Source of the DNA: Lingula anatina | Taxonomy: Eukaryota > Animalia > Brachiopoda | Length of the DNA stretch: 64,000 nt | Reading direction: 5' to 3' | NCBI GenBank assembly: GCA_051362555.1 | Contig: CM120649.1 | Location: forward strand, 8,990,001-9,054,000 | Translations under genes and position numbers: made by a program | In this document: positions 36,773 through 49,113 of the stretch, in pieces | Numbering within the stretch: the stretch's first letter is position 1 | Layout: every line of letters starts with the position of its first letter | Notes under the pieces: model-generated | The model's input: the letters and a program-made list of their open reading frames with translations, nothing else | What the model was told of the DNA's origin: nothing | Database searches by the model: none

Positions 36773-39150
36773 AATTATGGGCAAAAAGGAATTAGAAAAC
36801 AGCAGCAAGAGTATTGCATTTTTTCATCCATGTGTACCATACATATGTGGCAAGAATTAGGACAAATGCTGTGCCAACAACTGAGTCCAGAAATCCATTT
36901 TAAACATTCTAATGGATCTGATAAGGGTTGTAACGGTAAATCATGAAATGGTATAAATTAATTTGCAGGTGACAATTCTAGGTTATTGGGCACTTCCATA
37001 CACAAAGAATCACAAGTATTGACATTTGATGTTTTTATGAGACTTTGTAATTCATTTCAATATTGAAGTGTTTTGTTATCGGTAATTCTCACTCTTCACA
37101 TAAAAATTACCAAAAAAATTACACTTCAATTGGAGACAGGTAGCTAATAAGCTCAAGTGAGATGTATATAGTTGTCAAGCTTCATATGTAAAAATTGCAG
37201 AAAAATTTTAACAGATGTTACAAAATTAGAAGCATTTGAGTATTTGAATTGGGAGGAATTTACCAGATTTCAGTGATTTTTTTCCTCAGTCAAATAGTAT
37301 AACATTGTCCAAAGGATATATTTCATTAGGTATAGTCAACTGATGAGCTAATGTCAGATTTTAACAGTTGTCAAGGTTTATTTATAGAATTTTCATCAAG
37401 GTTTTTACAGATATTCACAAATTTATTAGCATTTGAGTATTTTAATTGAGAGGAATTTATCAGATTTTTAGTGATTTAACCTGCTCTCAAATAGTATTAC
37501 ATTGTTCAAAAGATATACTTTTAAAAGGCTTAGTCAAGTGATTAGCTAATATCAGATTTTTACAGTTGTGAGGATTCATATTTACAAATTTCACAAGAAT
37601 TCAAACAGATTTCACAAAATTATTAGTGTTTAAGAAATATAATTTCATCAATCTTTTATATTTTTCAGCTGACCCTTGCCATACAGTGTGGTGGTTCTTG
37701 GTAAAAAAAACAACACTTCAATTGGACACAGGTAGCCAATAAGCTTATGTCAGATTTTTTTAGATGTCAAGCTTCATATGTAAAAATTTTAGAAATATTT
37801 TAACAAATGTTACAAAATTATAAGCATTTGAGTATTTGAATTGGGAGGAATTTACCAGATTTTTCAGTGATTTTTTCTCTTCAGTCAAATATTATTACAT
37901 TGTCCAAAGGATATATTTCATCAGGTATAGTCAACTGATGAGCTAATGTCAGATTTTAACAGTTGTCAAGTTTTATTAGTAGAATTTTCATCAAGGTTTT
38001 TATAGATTTCACAAATTTATTAGCATTTGATTATTTTAATCGAGAGAAATTTATCAGATTTTTAGTGATTTGACCTGCTCTCAAATAGTATTACATTGTT
38101 CAAAAGATATACTTTTATAAGGCTTTGTCAAGTGATTAGCTAATATCAGATTTTTACAGTTGTCAGGATTCATCTGTACAAATTTCACAAATATTCAAAC
38201 AGATTTCACAAAATTATTAGTGTTTAAGTATTATAAATTCATCAATCCTTTGTTTATTTTTCAGCTGACCCTTGCCATCCAGTGTGGTGGTTCTTGGTCA
38301 ACTGACTCTACCTACTGTATACAGTCATGGCTAATAGGTATGAGCAAAAAGGAATCAGAAAACAGCAGCAAGAGTATTGCATTGTATCATCCATTTGTAC
38401 CATACATGATATGTGGCAAGATTTAGGACAAATGCTGTGCCAACAACTGAGTTCAGAAACCCATTTTAAACAGGATAATGGATCTGATATGGGGAGTAAT
38501 GGTAAATCATGAAATGGTATAAATTTTTTTAAGTGACAATTCTAGGTTATTGGGCATTTCCATAGACAAAGAAACACAAATGGTAGCATTTGATGTTTTA
38601 TTTGATTTAATTCTATGTTGTTTATTTTAATGTTGAGGTGTTGTTATTGGTAATTCTCACTCTTCTCATTTAATTTGCAAAAAAAAAAAAAAAAACTACA
38701 CTTCAATTGGACACAGGTAGCTAATAATCTTATCTCAAATTTTTACAGTTGTCCAATTTCATTTTTAAAAATTTCACAAAAATCTTTACAGTTTTCACAG
38801 AATAATTAGCTTTTAAGTAATTTAATCTGGAGGAGATAACCAGTATTTTTAGAGATTTTCTCTTTCGTCAAATACTGTAGTATTACATTGTCCAAAAGAT
38901 ATATGTTATTGGGCATTGTCTACTAATGAGCTAATATCAGATTTTTACAGTTGTGAAGCTTCATTTGTACAAATTTCACAAAAATTCAAACATTTTTTTC
39001 AAAGTCTCTTAGGGTGCGAATATTATAATCTGTGGAATATACCAGCCTTTTCAGTGATTTTCCCATCTCTCTAATAGTATTACATTAAAAACACTTTTAT
39101 TAGGAATAGTCAGCTGATGAGCTTATATCAGATTTTAACAGTTAACATAA
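36773..39150 (+). repeat. Older, diverged edge copies of the same satellite+cassette array
   Basis: Diverged monomers (tagtcaactgatgagctaatgtcagattttaacagttgtcaag...) and diverged cassettes at ~36775-36950, 37669-37702 (truncated) and 38265-38516. There is an internal ~596-bp duplication (cagctgacccttgccat at ~37666 and 38262). Confidence 0.88.
38265..38516 (+). pseudogene. Longer diverged version of the exon-like cassette (252 nt, phase 1-1)
   Basis: Acceptor ttatttttCAG| and donor AATG|GTATAA. It reads DPCHPVWWFLVN*LYLLYTVMANRYEQKGIRKQQQEYCIVSSICTIHDMWQDLGQMLCQQLSSETHFKQDNGSDMGSNGKS*N and is clearly homologous to the 198-nt young cassette. Confidence 0.45.
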
Positions 39151-39199
39151 TGACAGTGATTTTGTTAATTGAAAATAAATTAATTTTATTCCAGGTTAG

Positions 39200-39319
39200 T
39201 TAGATAAAGATGAGTTGGTGGCAGAACAGTCAGTTGAAGAGTGCAAACCTTTAAGTGACAAAGAACTGTTACATCTGGAAAGAATGGTGAAAGTGTACAA
39301 GAAGTCCTTTTCCCACATG
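39200..39319 (+). other. Candidate isolated 120-nt exon (LDKDELVAEQSVEECKPLSDKELLHLERMVKVYKKSFSHM)
   Basis: Purine-rich, protein-like stretch after taattttattccaggttag. Possible donor ATG|GTGAAA at 39319/39320. The stronger-looking CAG acceptor at 39194 would include a TAG stop. Confidence 0.3.
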
Positions 39320-39499
39320 GTGAAATACATCTCATTCATCTTCTTTTGTCACTCTATCGATCCGTCATTTTCCTTCACTGCCATTTATGGAATGTCACTG
39401 CCAAAAGACCATGTAAACCACTGATCAATTGATGCTTGTTAGCTTGTCTTTACTAGAAGACTTCTTCATCTTTCAGCCCATCAAGTGTTTCTGTGTTTA

Positions 39500-40030
39500 G
39501 TTTTATTATATATACAGTGACTGTATATATTCTGATTGGTCTGTCTGTCTGTTGGTGCCATCGCCGACACTGTCCAACACGATATTGGCCCTATAACTTC
39601 CAAACTATATTTTTGTTTTATTTTAAATTTACTGAATGGCTTTGTTTGGTAAAGAGGCAGGTTGCTTTTGAAAAATCAGTATGATTGGTTTACATTTTTG
39701 GTAATTAGTCTGTTTTTTTTTCTCACAATTTCTGTGATGTTTTCTCATATTTAAGTGACAAACCGTATTTCTGTTTTACTTTTTTTACTGAGTAGCTTTG
39801 TTTGGTTAAAAAAGGCAGGTAGATTCTAAAAATCTGCTGGATCAGATTACTTTTACAGTATTTTTTCTTTTGTTCTTTTCTTTTCTTTTCTTTTCTTTTT
39901 CTTTTCTTTTCTTTTTTTTTTTTTTTGCACAATTTTGGCAATTAATGTTTGCCCCCTTGAATACCAAACCATATTTAAAAGGTTAAATTTACTGAGTAGC
40001 TTTGTTTTGTAAAGAGAAGGTTGATATCTT
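39500..40030 (+). mobile_element. Degenerate 5' part of another HINE-like element
   Basis: T-run, then a perfect hairpin atatatacagt-g-actgtatatat (39508-39530), a (gtct)n tract and three diverged repeats of tttactga(a/g)t(g/a)gctttgttt(g/t)gt...aaa (~39628, ~39784, ~39988). No 3' end recognised. Confidence 0.45.
39861..39926. repeat. (CTTTT)n/poly-T simple repeat
   Basis: Seen directly. Confidence 0.95.
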
Positions 40031-40425
40031 CATTGGCTAGATACATATACTATCAATCCATTGATTTGAATTACTTGTTAAAGATGCGTATGAAGTCAAT
40101 TTTTTGCCACAGAAGTCAATCAAAGGCCAGCATATAGCTACAAGTAGTACTGGTATTACTAAGAGAATTACCAAAAGGCATTGTTTAATTTTACCCGAAA
40201 CATGATATTTGATTGGATTTTTCTGCTGGCATTCTATGCTGTATACCAGTGGGGCCGAAAAGTACATGTAGGTACGAAAGTAGGTTAAATTTCTGACCAA
40301 AAATTTAAGGAAAGGAGCAGTCCAAAGCTCTTTTATGGCTGATCGAGTGACTTATTCAGTTTATCCCTTTGCATGTCGAATTTATTTGAATCATATAAGA
40401 AACTAGTAGTACCTTTAAATGATGT

Positions 40426-40707
40426 AAACTAAAAAAGCACTCAGAGAGCTCAGACCTCCGCCAAGGCAGCAAAGTCTCCATCCAATGCCGTTTCACCCCT
40501 AAATTTTCGATATTTTTTATTATTGATTATTGATTGATTATTAATCCGGATCGCCACCAAAAACTAATCATCTGTTCCTTGGCTCACTTCTGACAGTTCC
40601 TGAAAATTTCATCAAAATCGGTCCATGACTTTTTTAGTTATGTTGATGACAGACAGACAGACAAACAAACAAACGGGTGAAAACATAACCTCCTTGGCGG
40701 AGGTAAA
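40426..40707 (-). mobile_element. Short (~280 bp) HINE-like element, family 3, copy a
   Basis: 13-bp subTIRs acctccgccaagg (40454-40466) and ccttggcggaggt (40692-40704). It has a terminal hairpin acctcc-ttggc-ggaggt, a (gaca)n(aaca)n microsatellite, the core cctgaaaatttcatcaaaatcggtccatgac and A-rich ends. Confidence 0.8.
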
Positions 40708-42101
40708 TGAAGGAAATCATACACTTGTATAACCTTGTCATACTGTAGTTTCTTTTGTCAACGTTCCCATCCAAATGAGTATGAAATGAAGTACTAGATA
40801 ATGGTAATCATCTCATATTAACGTCAGGTAAGACACTCATACAGAAGACTGCAGGAATTGATAACTGCTTTCAAGGAAAAAGATTCCAGACAATATTTTT
40901 TGTATATTTAATTGGTTTCAGTTTCTTTTTTTATCTGTCCTTTGCGACCCAGGGGGAGGGGCATATTGCACAAATATACAAGTTAAGTTATTTTTCCACC
41001 CATAGGACTAAAACACATTGCTCATTCTCATTTGCATGGGAACGTTTGCTATGCACAGTAACTCAGCGTATGAAATACATGTAACAACACTGAAAAGAAG
41101 CAAATTTTGTTTTTTTAACAAAGTTTTATTTTAAAATATAATAAAATCAAGTAAATAAATCGTAAAATAGCCACTATGAGGTTTTATACGAGGTAAAATG
41201 AAAGAATTTTGTGAATCTCAGGGCCTCCTTTTTGACTGCCAAACCATGTTTTGTTTCACTTCTTATATTCTGAGTGGCTTTGTATGTTGGTAAGACAGTA
41301 ACATTTTAAAAATCGGAAGATTTTTTTTATAGAAGTTATTGATGTTTTTTCTTTTTATTATCTATGTATTGCCAGCTTTTCTGTCTTGTTTCTTCTTGTT
41401 TCCACTACACAGAAATCAGTTTTACCACCCAATATACACCATAATGAAATAAATGACTTGTTTAATATGCTTATATAGTTCCACACATACTTTACAATCT
41501 CAACGCATCTTATTGTTATGTGTTTGGAATATCTGATAAGAGAGACTTTAAAATAACCATTGACTTGACTTTTATTCGGTAATGCCACTTTTTTCATGTA
41601 AAATATGTACTAGTATAATTATAATAGAAAATGTAAAAATCGAGGATAGCTTGAGTAAAATTGAAACCCGATGATATGTATGTTTACTGCTTTGTACCTT
41701 TCAAAACTCGTACGGAAAAAAACACTATGTACTAATTTGTTTATTCTTTTCACAGATACCCCCCCCCCCCCAAAAAAAAAATCCTTTTTATTTACAGACC
41801 GATCCTGTGTCTGTTCATGTGTTTTTGTTTCTCTTTTTATTTGCTGAGTAATGTTATTGACCTCTTTATTGAAAAAAAGGGTGGGTTTTGTTTTCAAATT
41901 CAATCAATCCTTTAAAATAATTAATTAATAAATAACCAACAAAATCCAGCCCTTTCTGGTCTATCCCGAAAATTTAGTCAAAATCCACCCATAACTTAGG
42001 CTGGTGACAAGCAAACAGACAGCTGACCAACTTGTACTTGGGACACCACCAATAAGTTAGGTATAAAAAAAAGGTTTCTACCCTGCGTAGAAACTTAAGA
42101 T

Positions 42102-42227
42102 TGCAACCAAGATACAATATTATGAAATTATATTGATCCATACGGTTTACGAAAAAGAAGCTTTTGTGATAAAAATGTGAGGATGGTATGAGTCAATATA
42201 ATTTCATAATATTGTATCTTGGTTGCA
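42102..42227. repeat. Perfect 35-bp inverted repeat with 56-bp spacer (foldback/MITE-like)
   Basis: tgcaaccaagatacaatattatgaaattatattga (42102-42136) and its reverse complement at 42193-42227. Confidence 0.9.
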
Positions 42228-44629
42228 CATCAAGTCATATGTCTGCTGCTGCCGTCCGAGGTCCTGGATGCTATACTATACTATTTACCTCAGTTTTCCA
42301 CCTTTCCGTGCTCTAGGACGCTGTTCACCCGGCAATATGATCTTATTTGCTAGGCGTAACACTGTACTATACTGTGCCACAAACGATTAGCTGTGGTGAG
42401 TACCGTCGCTTGTAAGATGTTCATACATGTACGCAAGTAATTCCTATCTAGGTTCTTCATATTCTAATTGAATCTCTAGTCAAAATTGACAATATATTAT
42501 ATATATAGTCATATAAAACATGGTTGTATATTCTGCATTTTGATTGAAAGTTTTTAGCCCACGCTAGCGTTTAGAAAAAAAAAGTCGTGCGAATGGCTAA
42601 AACAATATGTTTATTCTCACTAGAGCAAGAATGTAGTAATACCCATAAAGTTTGGTTGAAACATACAGCATGGTTCTATAATGTGTCATTTGTCAATGAT
42701 CAAACGGATCAGGAAAAGCTCTCAAACTTTAGGCCATACATTTTTCGGAGACGTGAAGTATATGCAGGAAGCCTACTGGTAGGTAACTTGACATGTTAGC
42801 CCTTTGGCACAGGGGCATTCCAGAGGGCGCTCCGTGGTGTAGGAGACGGCAAACTTTTGGCCCAACAATGGCGAAGCAAATGCTCTTAGCATTTCATTCG
42901 AGGTTACTCGTGGACGACATCGTCTCCACGCATTTCTGACTTTTTTTTGGCTCCACGAATAAAAAATAGTTCATATAAGGCTTCTTTTGCTGTCAGCATG
43001 CTGCATTTTTTCTTTTTATAATATTCAGTGACAAATAAACTAAAATCATACAAAGAATTAATCGCCTTATGCAGAAGATTTTCATGTTTTTACACCGTTA
43101 TACTTGCAGGGGATACATTAAAGAATAAAACCAGTGCCTGATCGAATTTTCAACGTGATTAAAACGGTTCCGCGGCTGAAGTTCTCCAAATGAGACAGTA
43201 ACTTATGTTCCTATTTGGGATTAGATGATGAATCATTATTTATTCTTCATGGTCACAGGACAGTAAAACTTTGATACGAACTTCTTCATGTGGGACCCTT
43301 AAATTTTCAAACACAGATGTTAAAAAACTTTCATCAGTTTAGTGAATAATATTAGTAAAAAATTCCATTTTTCACAAATATCTCTTGTAAGTAATTCTGA
43401 AGTTTGTGGCAAAAGAGCATTTTCACTGTTATCAAACATAATTTCTAACCCGTGTACTAAATAATTTAAGAGCGTGCCTGTGGCATCATTTGCACCTCTA
43501 CATATTATTTCTGGGTGAAAGCAGTGGTTGTTCGTCATGGCGCAAGTCTCCCCGAGTGGTTGACATTCCCCGCGGTTGTTACTTTCACATGACGTGCCAT
43601 AAACAATCTAGGGAAATATTTTCACTCATATAACATAGGCCTACGACAAGAGCTATCAGTGTATCTCTATCATAAAACTTCATACAGAAGGCATCCAAGC
43701 ATTAAAACTGTAACCATGAAAAATAATTTATTCCTTTTGTTTTTATTTGAAAAATAATATATTTATGCATTAGAGATATCGATGTTCAGTGTATCCTACA
43801 ATTCACATTAATTCGCGAAGCTGACTGTGAAGGGGTCAGAGCCACGCCCAGCATAAAGCGCTGTACGGAAAAAAGACTACACAAATAATTATAATACAAA
43901 AAAGAAGAAGACATAAAAACCTCGCTTAAAAGTTAGAATTTACATCTTTTGACATAACACGACAAAAATTTCTAATATTTTCTGTTTCTGCACTTGATAG
44001 ACTCTGTTACATTGCATCTAAAGGAAATATTTTAGCCCGCATTCACCTCACCTTCGCGTGTAATGTACTTGGTAGTTTAAGACAGTGATCGCTACTTGCA
44101 TGGACTTTGTAAGAAATGATTAATAAAATGTTTGCACGTCATAACAGTTTACTAATGTGCATTTTTGGCTACATAGGAAGATGAACACTAAAGCCGTCAA
44201 CAGCAAGCAGGTATCGAATAAACGCAGCACAGGGAAGAGTGTGAGGACGCCCAGCGCTGGCTGAATAACTAATAATTACTTTAACAGATTCTCATCATCC
44301 CTTTATATTATCCCAGTGGGCAGTACTACTGCTTCTTTACTAGGCTCTTTGATTTTAAACTATTTCTCTATTTTCATTATTCTAATAACATAGTATTTTA
44401 ATTAGTAATCAAATGCGTTATAGTAGACATTACGGGAACAATGCATCAAAACAGAGGTTGTATGTTTGTAGTTGTAGGCCTATACATTCTCTTCAAATAC
44501 ATGTAATATAATAAAGGGAAAATGTTGCCCTTAATGGTCTAAACTTAAACTATATACAGACTTGTGGAGATAGCGCGCTCTCTTTTCGGCGTACTCTCTG
44601 TTTCTCCGCTATAGTGATCAAATGCGCGA

Positions 44630-44815
44630 TGATTGACGTTTGTTTATGTAACCCGTCAATCAAGCTGTTATCACTTGACAGCATCTATCAAAACTGAATG
44701 GATTTGATTGACGCCTTGTCAATCAAAGGATGTAGAAAGCTGGAATTTTACATGTCGACGACTATGGTCAACAGTAATGCTTGTGATTGACGGTTGTTTA
44801 TAAAACTGCCAATCA
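44630..44815. promoter_or_regulatory. Cluster of three inverted pairs of TGATTGAC-like motifs
   Basis: TGATTGAC at 44630, 44705 and 44784; GTCAATCA at 44655 and 44718; GCCAATCA at 44808. The motif matches the PBX-PREP/MEIS core or a CCAAT box. Function is unproven. Confidence 0.3.
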
Positions 44816-45063
44816 AAGTCGTATGTTTTAACAGCTTCTATCAAAATTTAATTATACCGTATGTCTATCACAACGCCATGTAACCCTCACTCAGAGTCAG
44901 TAAGTAGAAAACGTATAAGTTAGGGCCTACATTTTTCAAGCTCTATAGAAAAACGTCTCAATATACATATATACGTCCCGATAGGTAGGTTGATTATAAA
45001 AGTTACAAGTATTTTTTATATTTAAATCATGAATCTGAGAGTTAAACATGATTATTAAGAATC

Positions 45064-45396
45064 AATAATACTTTGATTTATTAATCACTATTGACTGATT
45101 AAAAATGTAGGTTCCTAAAAATTATGTACGGTTCCTGTATTAGCAGGTAAATTATCTCATAGCATTGGTGCAAATATCATAAAAGCCCGTTCACCAATAA
45201 TAATTCAGAATGATCTAAAGGATGAAAGATCGAAAACAACAATACTTTGCTTTATTAATCACTATAAACTTATTTTAAAATATGGGTCCTTAAAAGTTTG
45301 CTAAAACTTTCTTAGTCATATACGGTTCTTGTAAAATCAGTAGGTAAATTATTCCAGAGCTTTAGTGTAAATATCATAAAAGCCCATTCACCATAA
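45064..45396. repeat. Diverged two-copy direct repeat (~175-195 bp period)
   Basis: aatactttg(a/c)tttattaatcactat...aaatatcataaaagccc(g/a)ttcacca occurs twice. Confidence 0.8.
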
Positions 45397-46297
45397 AGTC
45401 GTAGTGATACGCGTCCCCGCTGATTAGTTCATTGAGTTCTGAAATATATTGTGGTTTCTTCTCTGTGACCGCTTTATAAATATACATAGAGTAGAGCTAA
45501 ATATGTAAACAAATTGTATAAAATGTGAAAACTTCTTCATGAGCTACGAAGAAAAGAATATGGTAGGAATAATAAAGACAGTGGCCAGTAAATAAGACGG
45601 TTCGGCCCGCATGTTTTCTACCGATTAGATTCATTGTTCGTATAAAATATCTTTGTTATTGGAAAGTAAATGGAAACATATTTTTGAATGAATACCAGAA
45701 CTTTTTATTGTCATGTATATGGTTAATTTTGGGAGCCATGCATCTGCATGTGCATGTAAGCTGGATGGCACCTTAAATAAGCTAAACTCTTCATAAATCG
45801 GTCATTAAAATGACCATGGATATCACAAAGTGGATAGCAAAAAGGCATTCCCCGCGAAGATTTCGCGGCAATCTTTTAAGTGGGTCGGCCATATTTGATC
45901 AGCGGATTTGTTAGACCTATACAGAATACAGGCCTATGATGGCCCCTTAGAAGTATACGATGTGAAGACATTGATATGAGCCCAGATTATGATACTGTAT
46001 ATCGGAAGAAGAGAAGCACTATTAGATAGTATTAGATAGTTACACGTCCATTATTAAATATTGGATCGGTTATCTCTTTACGGCTGAGCTAAATTTCGGA
46101 TAATAGTCACCAATTTTACATTTAGACCACGGTTCACACGGTTTTGAGAAGTTTGTGAATTTGTTACACATACAGCAGTTTTGTGACCAGAGTTACTAGA
46201 TTGTATATCCAGCTGTATTCTACTGTGTAAAAAAAGCCGAGGTTACATTTGCCATGCGATGTCCGAACCGATGTAACAGGAATGGAAGTCTGGGGTC

Positions 46298-46299
<2 letters not shown>

Positions 46300-46352
<53 letters not shown>
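46300..46352. repeat. (TA)n microsatellite
   Basis: Seen directly. Confidence 0.98.
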
Positions 46353-46356
<4 letters not shown>

Positions 46357-49087
46357 GGTTACGGTTAGTTGAAGTATTGGGGTTAGTATATGGGACGAAT
46401 GTCACCTGAACAAAGTAATGGGAAGCGGACAACAGTTCTTACTGTTACAGCGGGCATGGTAACACCCCATGGCTCTATATAACCGCATTTACAAAAGGCT
46501 TGCAATTTAAATAAGATATAACAAAGGATTATTTATCATTGTGTAGTTAAAGGACTGCTCTAAAGTAACTAAATTTATGTAATATTGAATGATGATAAGT
46601 AAAGTGGGGTCAAATATCAAATGAGGTCGAATTTAAAAAAATTCCGAAAAAAGCATTGAAGTTTACTTCTATAGGGGATGTGCACCAACAGTATATTTTT
46701 TGGGTCTGTTTGGTAAATCCCATAAAACAATTGTTTAATTATCATTTGAGACTTAATATTTCAATTTGTAAGAATTAAATTGCCGATTGATTGGGATAGG
46801 GGAAGAAAGTCATTTATAACTTGACATTTGAATAAGACATAACAATGGTTAATATATCATTGTGTAGTTGAAGGCATATCATAAACATATAAATAAGATT
46901 TTTTTATCATTTCATTTTGAATGTTCCTTTGCAAAAATGTGCCCTTAATATTAAATTGATCTCCGTAGAACGAATAGGACTCATTCCCAATGAAACTAAA
47001 AAACGTAAGATTTGAAAACAGAACAAACATTGTCAGTGACGCAGATCTGTGCATTCCGGCTTCATTGCAGAAACTGCACAGAAATAACAAGAAATAACCA
47101 GAAAAATATAGATATGCAAAAATTCTGGCATCATTTCAGATAAACCGGCCGCATTATGTCTTCTCTAGCACAATCTTCAGCTATTTATTCATTCGACCAA
47201 TGAAATCTGGTTGCTTAGCCTGATAATCTGATATCAAATATAATGCTTGATAAAATGTCATTGTCTTTATCATTTAGATACCAGCAAGCCAAATTATCAT
47301 TCACAAATTATTAAATGTAACATTTTTAGAATCGAAGCTTGAGTGCCGCTGGTGAGCTGATTATATAATTCATGATTATGTAACCAGGTTAGCATTTTGG
47401 TGAGAGGTGTTCAGATAGGACCAAGGTCAGTAGAAGATGGCGAAGACAGAGGTTCAGGGTACGTTATTACAATTTCCACATGTTGGTCTAAGATTTATCA
47501 CCAAAAATGACAGCAAGCTGCCTTATACCTTTTTGTATAGATATATAATATAACGTTTACCAAGTTTGCATTAGCGAAAATGGTACATTTCGCAACTTCA
47601 GTCCTTTTGAACGATGGTACATTGTACCAGTACTTAACGTCAAATACATTCCACTGAAAGTCTAAAATCAGCTTGAAGTTTAAATAGTTTATTTTCTGTC
47701 ATTTTATAGAGGGAACGCATTTGCCATTGAAGAAGTGAAGGGCTTGTCTCCGCTGTCCAAACGAACGAGTCCTTTCTTCAATATTATAAGTCGACAGGGT
47801 AGGTGGACATATACACTCCCTTGTGGGCACTGTTTTATTGGCGACAATATGGACTTGTTTTTTAATGGTATCCTACTTATTTAAGTAAACATTAAAGGAA
47901 AAACGATGTTAGACTATTATGTTACTTCATTCCTGGAAACGACGGAACCGATTGGGTAAGTGGGTGTGGGTGGGTGGGGGGTTGTGGCGTGGTACAGTGG
48001 GCACGTGTCCCCCCCTTAGTTTAAGAGGTATGTCTGCGTCCTCATAAAGAACGAAAACAAAACAATAATAATTTAAAAAACAGTTCATGAAACCAAACTA
48101 GACAAAATCCAGTTATTTTTTCATTAACATACCCTACAAATAACAGAAAGTTGATCTTTGTCTTCTGTTTTTATTATCCTCTCCCCCCCCCCCCCCCCGG
48201 CCATAAAAATCAGGGTTTGGCCAGTGAAAACGTGCCTAGATAATCTTTTTTAATCTTTCTATCACACGTTTTCATTTACTGACTTTCGTTTCCGTAAATA
48301 CCCCCGTAATCCGAGCGCTTGGTCTTTATGAATTGCATCTTACTTATGAATGCAAAGAAGTATGTCGTCGATAAATAGTCTGCACAGGGTATAAAAGAAT
48401 AGGAATGAAACTGTTGTAAAGTGTATGATTGCAGAGAACGTTATTCTTCATTAAATATGTTTATATCATTTTTAAGTTGAATAGTATTTTCCTACATAAT
48501 AACGTGCATACCAAAGCGAGATGCTGAAATTATATATGCTTTATCAAACAGTTTTATGAAAAGTCATGTTCTTTGTTTATTTTCAGTGACTCCTTCCTGT
48601 TGTTCACTAGGTGATTGGATGCGCCCCCCTTCAGAGACTTTAGATTCGTGCCAAGATTGACTCGCTTCTTGAAGTTTCCCAGTTAGTTTATTAGCAGGGT
48701 TGACATAGTCATTTGGTATGAAACATAATATTTGGCTTGGGTTGTAATACTCTGCATAAAATGTTTATCAACTGAACTGTTGAGCGCAAATACCATTTTA
48801 ATTAAGAAACAACTGAACAGAAAAAAGAAAGAAATGGACTTCGTCAACCCTGCATGTCGCTGGATATGTATTATACATTTGCAGTACAGTGGCAGTACAC
48901 TACTATATCCGCCCATGACGTTTCATGGTAGTTTATTAAAAGTTATTATAAAAATGCATCTATGAAGATCTACTATAAGGAAAAAACACACCCTTAGTTC
49001 CCTCTTGAAATTAGAATTTTGACAAGCTGAATCATAGTTCTAATCCGTACCAAATGGCACCGTTCGCCCTCTAAAAAACCAAAATAT

Positions 49088-49113
49088 TTTGGGGCCCTTT
49101 AAAGGGCCCCAAA
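49088..49113. repeat. Perfect 26-bp palindrome within a probable MITE remnant
   Basis: tttggggccctttaaagggccccaaa is followed by G/C runs and cctggatccgtccctg. Confidence 0.8.

Noticed and set aside
42820-42831. CTCF-like motifs (ccagagggcgct here; cctccagatggctct on - at ~54122-54136; cctccaggtggc at ~1444)
   Set aside because: These are short partial matches expected by chance in 64 kb and cannot be supported without ChIP or conservation data.
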